45,950 nucleotides of DNA from Neolewinella sp. (lineage in GTDB: Bacteria > Bacteroidota > Bacteroidia > Chitinophagales > Saprospiraceae), in assembly GCA_047637095.1 (NCBI GenBank), contig JBLIGS010000001.1:1-45950 (forward strand), written 5' to 3'. A model generated the notes under the pieces. That model was not told the DNA's origin and made no database searches. It worked only from the letters and a program-made list of their open reading frames with translations. This document shows, one piece after another, positions 9,914 to 18,873 of this stretch (within the stretch, counting starts at the first letter, position 1; every line of letters starts with the position of its first letter). Position numbers and translations under genes: made by a program.

Positions 9914-11389
9914 TCAATTCCTCCTAACCGCCGACAACCGTTCTCCAGTAATGAAATCATACAGCGTCAACCGACGAAGCTCGTAAACACCCAGCCAAAA
10001 ATCTCGGAGGCCAGAAACGTACTGTCGGCGAGCTTCGTCCATTTCCCGGACGGCCAATTGCAACTCTGTTATACTGATCTTACCAATCAGGTAGCGCTTA
10101 CGGGTGATGGCTTCCCGGCGGAGGGCAACGTCGTTGGCCCGCTCGGCCAGGTCGACCTGGTTGCGCAACAGCTCAAAACGCTGTACTTGTAATTGAACTC
10201 GGCGTTCAAAACTGATCTTCTCCTGGGAGATGTTTAGTCGCTCCAATTCTAGGTTTGACCGAGCAACTTCTATCCGGCTTCGGGCTTTGCCAAAGTCGGC
10301 AATTGGCACCCGAATACCAAGGGTGACGACTTCCTGATCAATGAGGCCATTATAGGCCCCGCCGAAGTTCGGAGCGGTGCCGGAAAGCCCAACCTGCCCA
10401 TTGATGTCTAGTTGGAAACCGTTGTTTTTTCGTGCCCGGTCAACTTCCGCCTCCGCCTCGAGCGCCCGGCGCTCGAACCCAAGAATTTCACTTCTGTTTT
10501 CCAGCGCATAGCTTAGGGCGGCTTCAGCGTCTACTACCTGAACGGGAATAACCGCTGGTGTATAAAGTTGGAAGTCAACGTCTTCAACGATGCCTAGAAA
10601 GCTGCGAAGTTGTTCGTTAGCAGTTTTAGTATTGAGTTGTGCTTGGGCCAAGGCTGCGTTGGCGTTCATTACGCTTAGTTCAATTTGTAGAAGGTCGGTC
10701 TCCGCAATACGACCAACGCTGAACCTCCCTTCACTTATGGCGTAAAGGGTGTCTGAATTGTCCTTGTTTTTTCTGGCAGCTTCCTGGTTGAGCTGTGAAA
10801 TAAGTAAATCGAAAAATAACCGTGAAGCTTCGGTGGCAGCCCGTTCCTTTTCCTCGTTGAAGCTTCGCTGGCTTTCTTCGTATCGGAGAGGCTCAATTTT
10901 TTTGCCCCATTTTAGCTCGTTAAAAGCTCGGAGGGGTTGGTTAAAACCGATGGAAACGGGGGTGGATAACCAGGAAACAGACCCTTGGTTAATATCAGTT
11001 TTGAAAAGGTCGAGGCGGCGGAGGCCGGTGGTGAAAAATAACCGTCCACCCGTCGCGACGACAGGTTGAGAGAGGGAAATGTTTACGGAGTTCCGCATCA
11101 GGGCGCGGGAGACAAAATCTTCGCTACCGTCGGGAAGAATGATGGGGTCAATACTCCGGTTGAGGTTGGGCAAGGTCGCATCTAGCGTTATCTGGGGTTT
11201 GTAATCAGACTGGAAAGAACGGTAGCGCCAGTAGGTATTGTTGAGGCGGGTTTCGGCGAGTTTGACGGACGGGCTTTCGGACCGGGCAATGCCTATGACC
11301 TCATCGAGGGTAAGCTTGTACGTTTCCTGGGCCGATATAATGCTGGTTAAGAAGAGAAATAAGATTAAAGGGTACGAATAGATAGGCAT
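9914..11389 (-). CDS. TolC family outer membrane efflux protein
   Basis: Signal peptide from MPIYSY, LTLDEVIGIA, RFSVGRI, RYLIGKI, LRRLTLYDF. Confidence 0.9.
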   Translation of the reverse strand: MPIYSYPLILFLFLTSIISAQETYKLTLDEVIGIARSESPSVKLAETRLNNTYWRYRSFQSDYKPQITLDATLPNLNRSIDPIILPDGSEDFVSRALMRNSVNISLSQPVVATGGRLFFTTGLRRLDLFKTDINQGSVSWLSTPVSIGFNQPLRAFNELKWGKKIEPLRYEESQRSFNEEKERAATEASRLFFDLLISQLNQEAARKNKDNSDTLYAISEGRFSVGRIAETDLLQIELSVMNANAALAQAQLNTKTANEQLRSFLGIVEDVDFQLYTPAVIPVQVVDAEAALSYALENRSEILGFERRALEAEAEVDRARKNNGFQLDINGQVGLSGTAPNFGGAYNGLIDQEVVTLGIRVPIADFGKARSRIEVARSNLELERLNISQEKISFERRVQLQVQRFELLRNQVDLAERANDVALRREAITRKRYLIGKISITELQLAVREMDEARRQYVSGLRDFWLGVYELRRLTLYDFITGERLSAVRRN

Positions 11390-11511
11390 TTGTTGGGCTT
11401 GAGGTCGGCTTGTAAAAGGATGGATGTAATTGTTGGTGCAGGGGACCTTGCTCGTCAACATCCCCTGCACACATTCGGCTACGCTCAGGTGTGCGCTGCC
11501 TGCGTCCGCGG

Positions 11512-12834
11512 CTAATCACTTCGCAGGGCCTTAATCGGGTCAAGCTGCGCCGCCCGCTGGGCGGGGAACAGTCCGAAAACAAGCCCAATGACCGAGGCTA
11601 CGCCAAAAGAAAGGACAACGGACCAAAGAGAAACCTCGGTCGGGATATCATAATTGATGGCAATGAACTTAGCTGCTCCAACTCCCAATAAAACGCCAGT
11701 AATTCCACCAATAAGACTGATGAAAACAGCCTCCAATAAGAACTGTTGAACGATGTCTTGCTGCGTAGCTCCAAGGCTACGACGGGTACCAATCTCCTTG
11801 GTCCGTTCCAGCACGGAGGCCAGCATAATATTCATAATGCCGATGCCGCCTACGAGCAATGAAATGCCGGCAATAAAAGCCAGCACTTTATTGAAAGTAT
11901 CTTGGGTTTCCTGCTGTGCTTCCAGCAGCTTTTCCGGAACGGTCATCTCGTAGTCTATGATGGTCTGGTGGCGGCGTTTCAGGAGCCGGGCAACAATGTT
12001 ACTCGTTGCAAGTAACTCGTCTGACTCTTTTACTCGGATGACCATTCTATCTAACTGGTGATAATTTTCAGGAGCCCCCCCGTTGCCATTATTATTACCA
12101 ATGTCGCGTGCATGGGCGTAGCTGCGATCTTTGAACCGGAGCAGGGCGGTCTGGAGCGGAATGTAGATGTCTTGGTTGTAATCCCGAATGCCAAGGTCTT
12201 CCAACTGGCTTTCTTTAGCAATTCTCTCCTTCATAATCCCGATGACCCGTAACCAGGTCTGGCCACATTTGATGCGCTGACCAATGGGGCTCCCGTCATT
12301 GAAATATTTGGCTTCAATGTCTTTGCCAATGATGCAGACAGGATCTCCTTTTTCGAGGTGACGGCTGTGGAAAAAAGTTCCTTTTTCCAAGTCAAGGTTG
12401 TTGAGTTCGAAGAAGGCATTGGTAACACCAATAGCTCGGCTTTTACCAATCTTTCCCTCCCGGATAACAGTGGAAGGAAGGACGATTTCTGGACTGATTG
12501 CTTCTACTCCAGGTAAAATTTTATTTATGGCCCGAACATCGCCCATGTTTAATCCCGGGCTCCAAGGGAGGGTGTTCTTTTCTTGCCCGGAGGACTGTGC
12601 ATCATCACCGTCATTACCGTTAGCTACTTTTTGGAGGCTTTGGATGACGATGTTGTTGGCGCCAATCAGGCGCATTTGTGCAAGTATGGTCTCTCTTGCG
12701 CCCGTTCCGATGGCCAACATCGCAATCACTGCCCCGACACCAAAGATGATGCCCAGCGCAGTGAGAAAAGCCCGCAAACGGTTGGCGGCTACGCCCTCGA
12801 GGGCGAGCTGGAAATTGAATAGTAATTTCTGCAT
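11512..12834 (-). CDS. MacB-like ABC transporter permease (no fused ATPase)
   Basis: LTALGIIFGVGAVI, GGIGIMNIMLASVLERTKEIG, PAQRAAQLDPIKALR. Confidence 0.93.
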   Translation of the reverse strand: MQKLLFNFQLALEGVAANRLRAFLTALGIIFGVGAVIAMLAIGTGARETILAQMRLIGANNIVIQSLQKVANGNDGDDAQSSGQEKNTLPWSPGLNMGDVRAINKILPGVEAISPEIVLPSTVIREGKIGKSRAIGVTNAFFELNNLDLEKGTFFHSRHLEKGDPVCIIGKDIEAKYFNDGSPIGQRIKCGQTWLRVIGIMKERIAKESQLEDLGIRDYNQDIYIPLQTALLRFKDRSYAHARDIGNNNGNGGAPENYHQLDRMVIRVKESDELLATSNIVARLLKRRHQTIIDYEMTVPEKLLEAQQETQDTFNKVLAFIAGISLLVGGIGIMNIMLASVLERTKEIGTRRSLGATQQDIVQQFLLEAVFISLIGGITGVLLGVGAAKFIAINYDIPTEVSLWSVVLSFGVASVIGLVFGLFPAQRAAQLDPIKALRSD

Positions 12835-12845
12835 GATCAATGGTT

Positions 12846-14234
12846 TTAAAAGATGATCATGTAGCCTCCACCGTCGTCGCCTCCACTATTGGACAGGCCG
12901 GAGTCTTTAGGTAGGTTGGCTTCTTTTTCATCGCCAATCCGACGGCGTTCTGCCCGCTCACTAAGCAGTTTTTTTTCCGCAGCCTCTTTGGCAATATCGG
13001 CCAGTGGACTCAGTCGTAGCTTGGCAGCATTCGGCGGTGCGGTGAGGTAAACGTGGTCTCCGGCGGCGAGGCCTTCGATGATGACGACTTCGTTGTCGTT
13101 GCTCCAACTGCTGACTACCTGTTGCTTGACCGGCCGGCCGTCAACCTCGCGGTAGACAAAAGAGACGCTGTCTTTATAAAGCGCTTCCAGAGGAATGAAT
13201 AACTTATCGTCTAGGATGTCCGTAACAATTTCATTGCTCGTAGTCATCGCTGGCCGGAGGATAGAATCGCTTTCATAGACCTGGATAATGACCTCAAAAA
13301 CTTTGGAGTCGTAATTCCTTAACTGTTCTCCGATGTTGGCCACTTCGATGACGACTCCGGTATAACTGTTGTCCGGGAAGGCGTCGACTTCAACTTTTAC
13401 CTCCTGCCCTTTCCGGACACGGCTGATGTCTACCTCATTAACGTAGGTCTTGGACACCATCTCGGTTAAATCAGGAAGCTCGGCCACTATGGGGTTCCAA
13501 GCTTGAACCCTGGAGCCAGCTTTCACCTTCCCACTCCATCCACGGGAATAAATGACCATACCGTCCTTTGGTGCCGTAATTGTAAATTCTTTTGCTAGGT
13601 CCTGAAGCCGGGTTAGGCCAATCTGTTGCTTTTTTAAGTCAGCCAGAATCTCATTAATCTGTGTCTGGGCCTTTTCCTGGCTTAGTTGGTACTTTCTTTC
13701 CAGTTGTTTAAAGTCTCGTTCGGAGCGCTCCAGCTCGATATTTGCCCGCTGAATTACCATCGGCGCTTCGTACTTGCTTTGCTCAACCTCCAACATTTTT
13801 TCACGCATCCCAAAACGCATGTTGATCAACTGGTCCCTCAATCCCCGCATTTCAATGGCGGTATCAATTCGGGTTGCCTCCATTTTTGTGTTGATCTTGT
13901 CCATCTCGGCCATGACCTCTTTGATCTTCGTGTCCAGTTCTGTCTTGTCGAGGGAGGCAACATACTCCCCTTCTTTTACCATCGTCCCTTCGGCAACCAT
14001 GTCCGTGATGCTTGTTTCGTAAATCTGGTTGGTTCGCATCGCAGCCGGGCCTTTGATCTGCTCAGACCGCTTAGCTTTTAATTCGCCAGTGGAAATTACG
14101 GTCATATTGAAAGTTCCCTGGGTAACGGGGACGGAAAGCATTATGGCTTCTTCATCGACTTCGGGTCGGGTAAAAGTCCAGATAAGTAGACCAACAACAA
14201 GTAGTCCTATTATGTAGGGCAGGGCTTTTTTCAT
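12846..14234 (-). CDS. efflux periplasmic adaptor (MacA/HlyD-like)
   Basis: N-terminal anchor, lipoyl half-motifs (EGTMVKEGE, ITAPKDG), coiled coil, LRPAMT. Confidence 0.9.
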   Translation of the reverse strand: MKKALPYIIGLLVVGLLIWTFTRPEVDEEAIMLSVPVTQGTFNMTVISTGELKAKRSEQIKGPAAMRTNQIYETSITDMVAEGTMVKEGEYVASLDKTELDTKIKEVMAEMDKINTKMEATRIDTAIEMRGLRDQLINMRFGMREKMLEVEQSKYEAPMVIQRANIELERSERDFKQLERKYQLSQEKAQTQINEILADLKKQQIGLTRLQDLAKEFTITAPKDGMVIYSRGWSGKVKAGSRVQAWNPIVAELPDLTEMVSKTYVNEVDISRVRKGQEVKVEVDAFPDNSYTGVVIEVANIGEQLRNYDSKVFEVIIQVYESDSILRPAMTTSNEIVTDILDDKLFIPLEALYKDSVSFVYREVDGRPVKQQVVSSWSNDNEVVIIEGLAAGDHVYLTAPPNAAKLRLSPLADIAKEAAEKKLLSERAERRRIGDEKEANLPKDSGLSNSGGDDGGGYMIIF

Positions 14235-14553
14235 GGTAGGTGTGGTTAGAGGTGTGGTTTAAGGTACAGATGCTAAGTTAAGTTATAATGGTTGGTGGAC
14301 CAACCCATAACCTAATCTAGGTAACGGTTGAATAATGAACTAAACGGGTTCTTGAGTTGGTATTTAACGGTTTTATCCCCTTTTCAAGTTGTTTACACGG
14401 CGCCCCTTAAGGTGATTTGCATAAAAAAACACTAAAAAACCAATGCTTGTCATGTTGTACGGCGTCCCTTAGTATTATGGCGACGCATAGATTAGGAAAA
14501 TGACCTCGGATACCCAAGAGTGGGTTAGCACCGGAAACTGTATCTTACGCCTG

Positions 14554-14997
14554 ATGAAAAACCGCGCTTACACGCTCGAATCCCTTCCTTCTTTGGCCAC
14601 CGAAATATTGACAACCTACGGCAACGACCGGGTCTTCGCCCTCGTCGGTGATCTTGGAGCAGGGAAGACAACGCTCGTTAACGAAATTTGCCAGCAACTG
14701 GGGGTGACGGAGCCAACGAGTAGCCCTACCTTCAGCATTGTTAACCAATACGACGGAGCCAACGGCCCCATCTTTCACATGGATTGCTACCGCCTGAACA
14801 ACGTTGAGGAAGCACTTGATGCGGGCCTCGAAGAACTTTTTGAAGGCGAAGGCTATCCCATCTTTGTGGAATGGCCTATGGTGATAGAACCTCTTTTGCC
14901 ACCGGACGTTGTGTATCTACGCCTGGCGCATTCTTCCGATGGCGCTTCACGTCATCTCTCCATTTCCACCGGTCACCAACCCAGCCATGAGCAGTAA
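14554..14997 (+). CDS. tsaE: tRNA threonylcarbamoyladenosine biosynthesis ATPase TsaE
   Basis: GDLGAGKTT, SPTFSIVNQY, HMDCYRL, EW motifs; start at MKNRAY. Confidence 0.95.
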   Translation: MKNRAYTLESLPSLATEILTTYGNDRVFALVGDLGAGKTTLVNEICQQLGVTEPTSSPTFSIVNQYDGANGPIFHMDCYRLNNVEEALDAGLEELFEGEGYPIFVEWPMVIEPLLPPDVVYLRLAHSSDGASRHLSISTGHQPSHEQ

Positions 14998-16222
14998 GGA
15001 CAAAAAAAAGGTTTCCCTACCCGAGGAATTAACGTCTGGCTATGGCCAGACCCAAACCGAGACCCTTGCTGTGGAACCCAAGCAAGAAAGCTTGTTCATC
15101 GGTATTCCGAAAGAAATTACCCTGCAGGAAAAACGGGTAGCCCTCGTTCCCAGCGGAGTCGCCAACCTTACCAGCCGGGGGCACCGGGTGTTGATAGAAA
15201 CTGGTGCTGGAGTACATAGTAATTTTACGGACCATGCCTACAGCGAGCAGGGAGGAGAAATAGCCTACTCCGCCAAAGAAGTTTACCAGAAAGCCCGGAT
15301 TATCCTCAAGGCAGCGCCGCCGACGTTGGAAGAGATTGAAATGATGCAGCCAGGGACGGTTTTGATCAGCCCTCTGCAACTCCCCATCATTAGCGCCGAA
15401 TACCTTTTTCGATTAAAGCATAAACGCATCATTGCCCTAGCAATGGAGTATTTACAGGATGAGCAGGGGTCCTTCCCGATTGTCCGGATTATGAGTGAGA
15501 TGGCGGGGATAACAGCGGTGCAAACAGCCGCCGAATTGTTGTCTTCTACCCGGGGTGGCCCCGGTGTGTTACTCGGTGGTATTTCCGGTGTGCCAAGTGC
15601 CAAAGTCGTTATCCTTGGCGGCGGTGTTGTGGCAGAATACGCCACGCGGGCAGCCCTCGGTATGGGCGCCGAAGTACGCATCTTCGATGACAACGTAACC
15701 AAGTTAATGCGCTTGCAGACGAGTGTTGGGCGCCAGCTTTACACCTCGGCCATTAACCCTTATTACCTGCGGCGAGAACTGTTGACTGCAGAAGTCGCCA
15801 TCGGAGCCATTCATGCGGAGCATGGGCGGGCCCCCGTGGTGGTAAGTGAGGATATGGTGAGGGCCATGCGCCCGGGGTCTGTCATCATCGACGTCAGTAT
15901 CGACCAGGGTGGCTGTTTTGCGACAAGCGAACTGACAAGCCTTGATAAACCAACTTTTACCAAGCACGACGTTATCCACTATTGCGTCCCAAACCTCGCC
16001 AGCCGTGTTGGCCGGACGGCAAGTATTGCTGTTAGCAATGTCCTCGTTCCGCTACTACTTAAAGCCGATGGTGCCCGCTCTTTCGAGCACTTCATTCTTC
16101 GTCGGCCAGGGCTTCGTCACGGCGTATATACCTTCCGTGGCTGCTTGACGAACCCTTACCTCGGTAAGCGGTTTGATATGCGGTGTACGGATATTGATTT
16201 GCTTATGACGAGTGGGTTGTAG
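14987..16222 (+). CDS. ald: alanine dehydrogenase
   Basis: IGIPKE..EKRVALVP, MSEMAG, LGGGVVA, DVSIDQGGCF, HYCVPN; start at MSSKDK. Confidence 0.92.
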   Translation: MSSKDKKKVSLPEELTSGYGQTQTETLAVEPKQESLFIGIPKEITLQEKRVALVPSGVANLTSRGHRVLIETGAGVHSNFTDHAYSEQGGEIAYSAKEVYQKARIILKAAPPTLEEIEMMQPGTVLISPLQLPIISAEYLFRLKHKRIIALAMEYLQDEQGSFPIVRIMSEMAGITAVQTAAELLSSTRGGPGVLLGGISGVPSAKVVILGGGVVAEYATRAALGMGAEVRIFDDNVTKLMRLQTSVGRQLYTSAINPYYLRRELLTAEVAIGAIHAEHGRAPVVVSEDMVRAMRPGSVIIDVSIDQGGCFATSELTSLDKPTFTKHDVIHYCVPNLASRVGRTASIAVSNVLVPLLLKADGARSFEHFILRRPGLRHGVYTFRGCLTNPYLGKRFDMRCTDIDLLMTSGL

Positions 16223-16433
16223 GGAATAATTTTAGGCCGGGCGCGCAGGTACAATGTATGGTTGAATGGAACCTAGCAAAGCCCTTCAAACAATAGGTAA
16301 TTGCCACAACCGTCATCAATCCTTCAAATCCCTAGTCCCCGATAGGGACTACGCAATGGAGCAGCCATCGGGCATGTCTCTCGAAAGGCACGTCAGATTG
16401 GAAAAAAATACAACCCTACCCCGCCTCCGACGT

Positions 16434-16532
16434 TTGCAACAACTGCAACAACTGCAACAACTGCAACAACTGTTACAACTGCAACAACTGCAACAACTGC
16501 AACAACTGCAACAACTGTTACAACTGTTACAA
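16434..16532. repeat. 9-bp tandem repeat, 11 units (CTGCAACAA/CTGTTACAA)
   Basis: Read directly from the sequence; the last unit overlaps the dacB stop codon. Confidence 0.95.
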
Positions 16533-17906
16533 ATTCTCATGACACCACCCCAACGTCTTCTCCATCTCCTCGTAATACGCTCGGCTACTACCAACGTAGT
16601 TGTTGTGCATAAAGCTAAAGGCCAGCCATTTTCCCCGCTTGGTTAACAGCATGCCGCTTAGGCAAGCTACACCGCTTAGGGAGCCAGTCTTGGCCCAGAG
16701 GTAGGTCTTTTCTTCGTTATTATAACGATTTTTGAGGGTGCCGGATTCGCCGCCGGCGGGGAGGAGGGAAAGTAGTCTATCCCTGCCAACTTCCTGGTCA
16801 AGGGCTAGGACGATGCGCGTCATCTGGCGGGGCGAAATGAGGTTGTAGCGGCTAAGGCCGCTGCCATCGACCCAGCGGATACCTTCAACACCCAAGCTTG
16901 GAAAAAGGGTATCGCGGGCATAGTCAATGACCATTTCGGTGGAAGGTAAACCATAGCGTTTGGCCGCTGCCTGTAGCAGCAACTGTTCGGCTAGGTAATT
17001 GTCGCTTTCCTGCAGGAGTTTACGGAAAACGGTGTCTGGTAAAGAAGCCTCCAGAACGTTGAGTTGGCTGGCTTCGGGGTAAGGAGCGTAGCCAGTAGAG
17101 ATTTGTATTTGCGGCAGGGCGATGGCCAATTCATTGGTTAGGAATTCCGGAGACAGGTGCAAGGGGCGCTCCAGGGGGAAGCGGAGTGGTTCGTAGAAGG
17201 ATGGCCCGACGGTGAAGTCGTTGCCAAACTCGGAGCGACGAATTCTTACCTCCTGGCCGTCGGGCTGGCGCAGCGCGCCAACGACCGAAGGCGGGCTTCC
17301 CAACAGGCTTTGCCTACCCAGGCTGTCGACCGGGCTCAAGTCCATAAACAACCTGTTGCCATAGAGTGGAAAAGCGGATCGCTCGTAGACGTAGCTGTCG
17401 TTATAATCGTCCCAGCTCCAGCCAGCGCCGTAGCGTGAGACTGCTCCAGGGCCGACGGGGAAGTTGATCGTGATCGGCTTAGTCTGCCTGGCCAGCCAGG
17501 GGTACAGTTCGTCGTAGGCACCAAAGTCGGGGTGTAGCGCCAGTGGGTAACCGCTGCCCCACAACTCAAGATGATCGGCGAATTCCTGGTAGAAGACGCC
17601 GGGCGCGCGGTGGCCTAGCAAGCGGTTGGCTAGGTAGAAAGTTAGCAACTTGATGTTGCTGGCCGGAACGAATTTACGATCGGAGTTGAAGCCGTAGAGG
17701 TGAGACTGGTAGTCCATGTCGTACAGAACGAAACCGGTGTGGGCTTGCTCGAAGACGGGGTTGAATTCGACCAGCTGTTGCAGCTGGCGAGTGGCCTTTG
17801 CACCCAAAGGGGGTTGTCCTCGCACCTGCGTCCCCGCCCCAAAGAAGCACAGCGTCAGCAAGAATAATGAACGGAGATAGAACGGAGGTATGTGTTGGAC
17901 GGTCAT
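16527..17906 (-). CDS. dacB: D-alanyl-D-alanine carboxypeptidase/endopeptidase (peptidase S13)
   Basis: PASNIK (SxxK), SDN, DGSGLSR and AKTG motifs. Confidence 0.9.
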   Translation of the reverse strand: MTVQHIPPFYLRSLFLLTLCFFGAGTQVRGQPPLGAKATRQLQQLVEFNPVFEQAHTGFVLYDMDYQSHLYGFNSDRKFVPASNIKLLTFYLANRLLGHRAPGVFYQEFADHLELWGSGYPLALHPDFGAYDELYPWLARQTKPITINFPVGPGAVSRYGAGWSWDDYNDSYVYERSAFPLYGNRLFMDLSPVDSLGRQSLLGSPPSVVGALRQPDGQEVRIRRSEFGNDFTVGPSFYEPLRFPLERPLHLSPEFLTNELAIALPQIQISTGYAPYPEASQLNVLEASLPDTVFRKLLQESDNYLAEQLLLQAAAKRYGLPSTEMVIDYARDTLFPSLGVEGIRWVDGSGLSRYNLISPRQMTRIVLALDQEVGRDRLLSLLPAGGESGTLKNRYNNEEKTYLWAKTGSLSGVACLSGMLLTKRGKWLAFSFMHNNYVGSSRAYYEEMEKTLGWCHENL

Positions 17907-17920
17907 TGGTATATAAAAAT

Positions 17921-17952
17921 AAAAAAGCCGCCCCGCTCAACGGCAGGACGGC
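17921..17952 (-). terminator. Rho-independent terminator
   Basis: Minus strand GCCGTCCTGC-CGTTGA-GCGGGGCGGC-TTTTTT. Confidence 0.8.
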
Positions 17953-18015
17953 CCATAAATCATAATCCCAAAAACTAAAATTCTTTGGTGCCGAGAAGGC
18001 ACTGTTTCTTTTCAA
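17921..18015 (-). ncRNA. candidate small RNA (about 95 nt)
   Basis: TACATTTG promoter element at 18027-18020, internal hairpin GTGCC-TTCTC-GGCAC, intrinsic terminator, no convincing ORF. Confidence 0.4.
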
Positions 18016-18101
18016 AGACCAAATGTAAAGAATTTTACGCGAGCGGTTGTCCCCACACGGAAAAAACATTCAGTCATGTTCAAGGGGAAGTGATGTTTAT
18101 G

Positions 18102-18845
18102 TTAATTCTCTTCCATCTCGCTGCGCACAAGAAGCTGGAAACCATTGCCATGAATGTTGACAATTTCGATCTCGCTATCCGGTTTAAGATATTTACGCAG
18201 CTTGGTAACGAAAACGTCCATGGAACGCGCAGTGAAGTAATTATCTTCTCCCCAGATCTTAGTCAGGGCCTCGCTGCGGCTCAGGATATTGTTCTTGTTG
18301 ATGGCAAATAGGCGAAGAAGCTGGGCTTCTTTCGGGCTCAATTTTTCCTTGGATTTGTCCCCCTCGTTGTTCGTATGGGTAAGAATACGGAGCGGGAAAT
18401 TGAAGTGGAATTGACCGAATTCGAAGTCGGTTTGCTCTTCCTTTGGATCGGCAGGCAAAGCACTGCGGCGTAGGATAACGTTTATCCGCGCCAGTAACTC
18501 CTCGGAGTTGAATGGCTTGGTGATGTAGTCATCGGCACCAATCTCGAAACCGTTGAGGATGTCTTCCTTCATCGTCCGGGCAGTAAGGAAGATGATTGGC
18601 GTCTGCTTATCGTTTTCTCTTACTTTTTTGGCAAGTTCAAAGCCACTGAGGCGAGGCATCATTACGTCGAAGATGCATACGTCCCATTTACCCTGTCGGT
18701 AGGCTTCAAAACCGGCAAGGCCATCAGTGGCTAGGGTGACGTCGTAATCGTGCACCTCAAGGAAGGAACGAAGTACATCGCCGAAGTTTTGATCGTCTTC
18801 TACGAGTAAGATTTTGGGGGCGGTTTCTTGGGTAGTGTCACTCAT
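18102..18845 (-). CDS. OmpR-family response regulator (RprY-like)
   Basis: LLVEDD, DVMMP, FLTA, DDYITKPF, RSMDVFVTKLRKYL; start at MSDTTQ. Confidence 0.93.
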   Translation of the reverse strand: MSDTTQETAPKILLVEDDQNFGDVLRSFLEVHDYDVTLATDGLAGFEAYRQGKWDVCIFDVMMPRLSGFELAKKVRENDKQTPIIFLTARTMKEDILNGFEIGADDYITKPFNSEELLARINVILRRSALPADPKEEQTDFEFGQFHFNFPLRILTHTNNEGDKSKEKLSPKEAQLLRLFAINKNNILSRSEALTKIWGEDNYFTARSMDVFVTKLRKYLKPDSEIEIVNIHGNGFQLLVRSEMEEN

Positions 18846-18873
18846 GGGGGTCGGTTTTTGGGTATAGTGGGAG

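Noticed and set aside
16266-16646. Poly-LQQ ORF and the antisense Cys-rich ORF 16349..16594 (metallothionein- or RiPP-like appearance)
   Set aside because: Both are translations of the 9-bp VNTR and overlap dacB; no modifying enzymes lie nearby.
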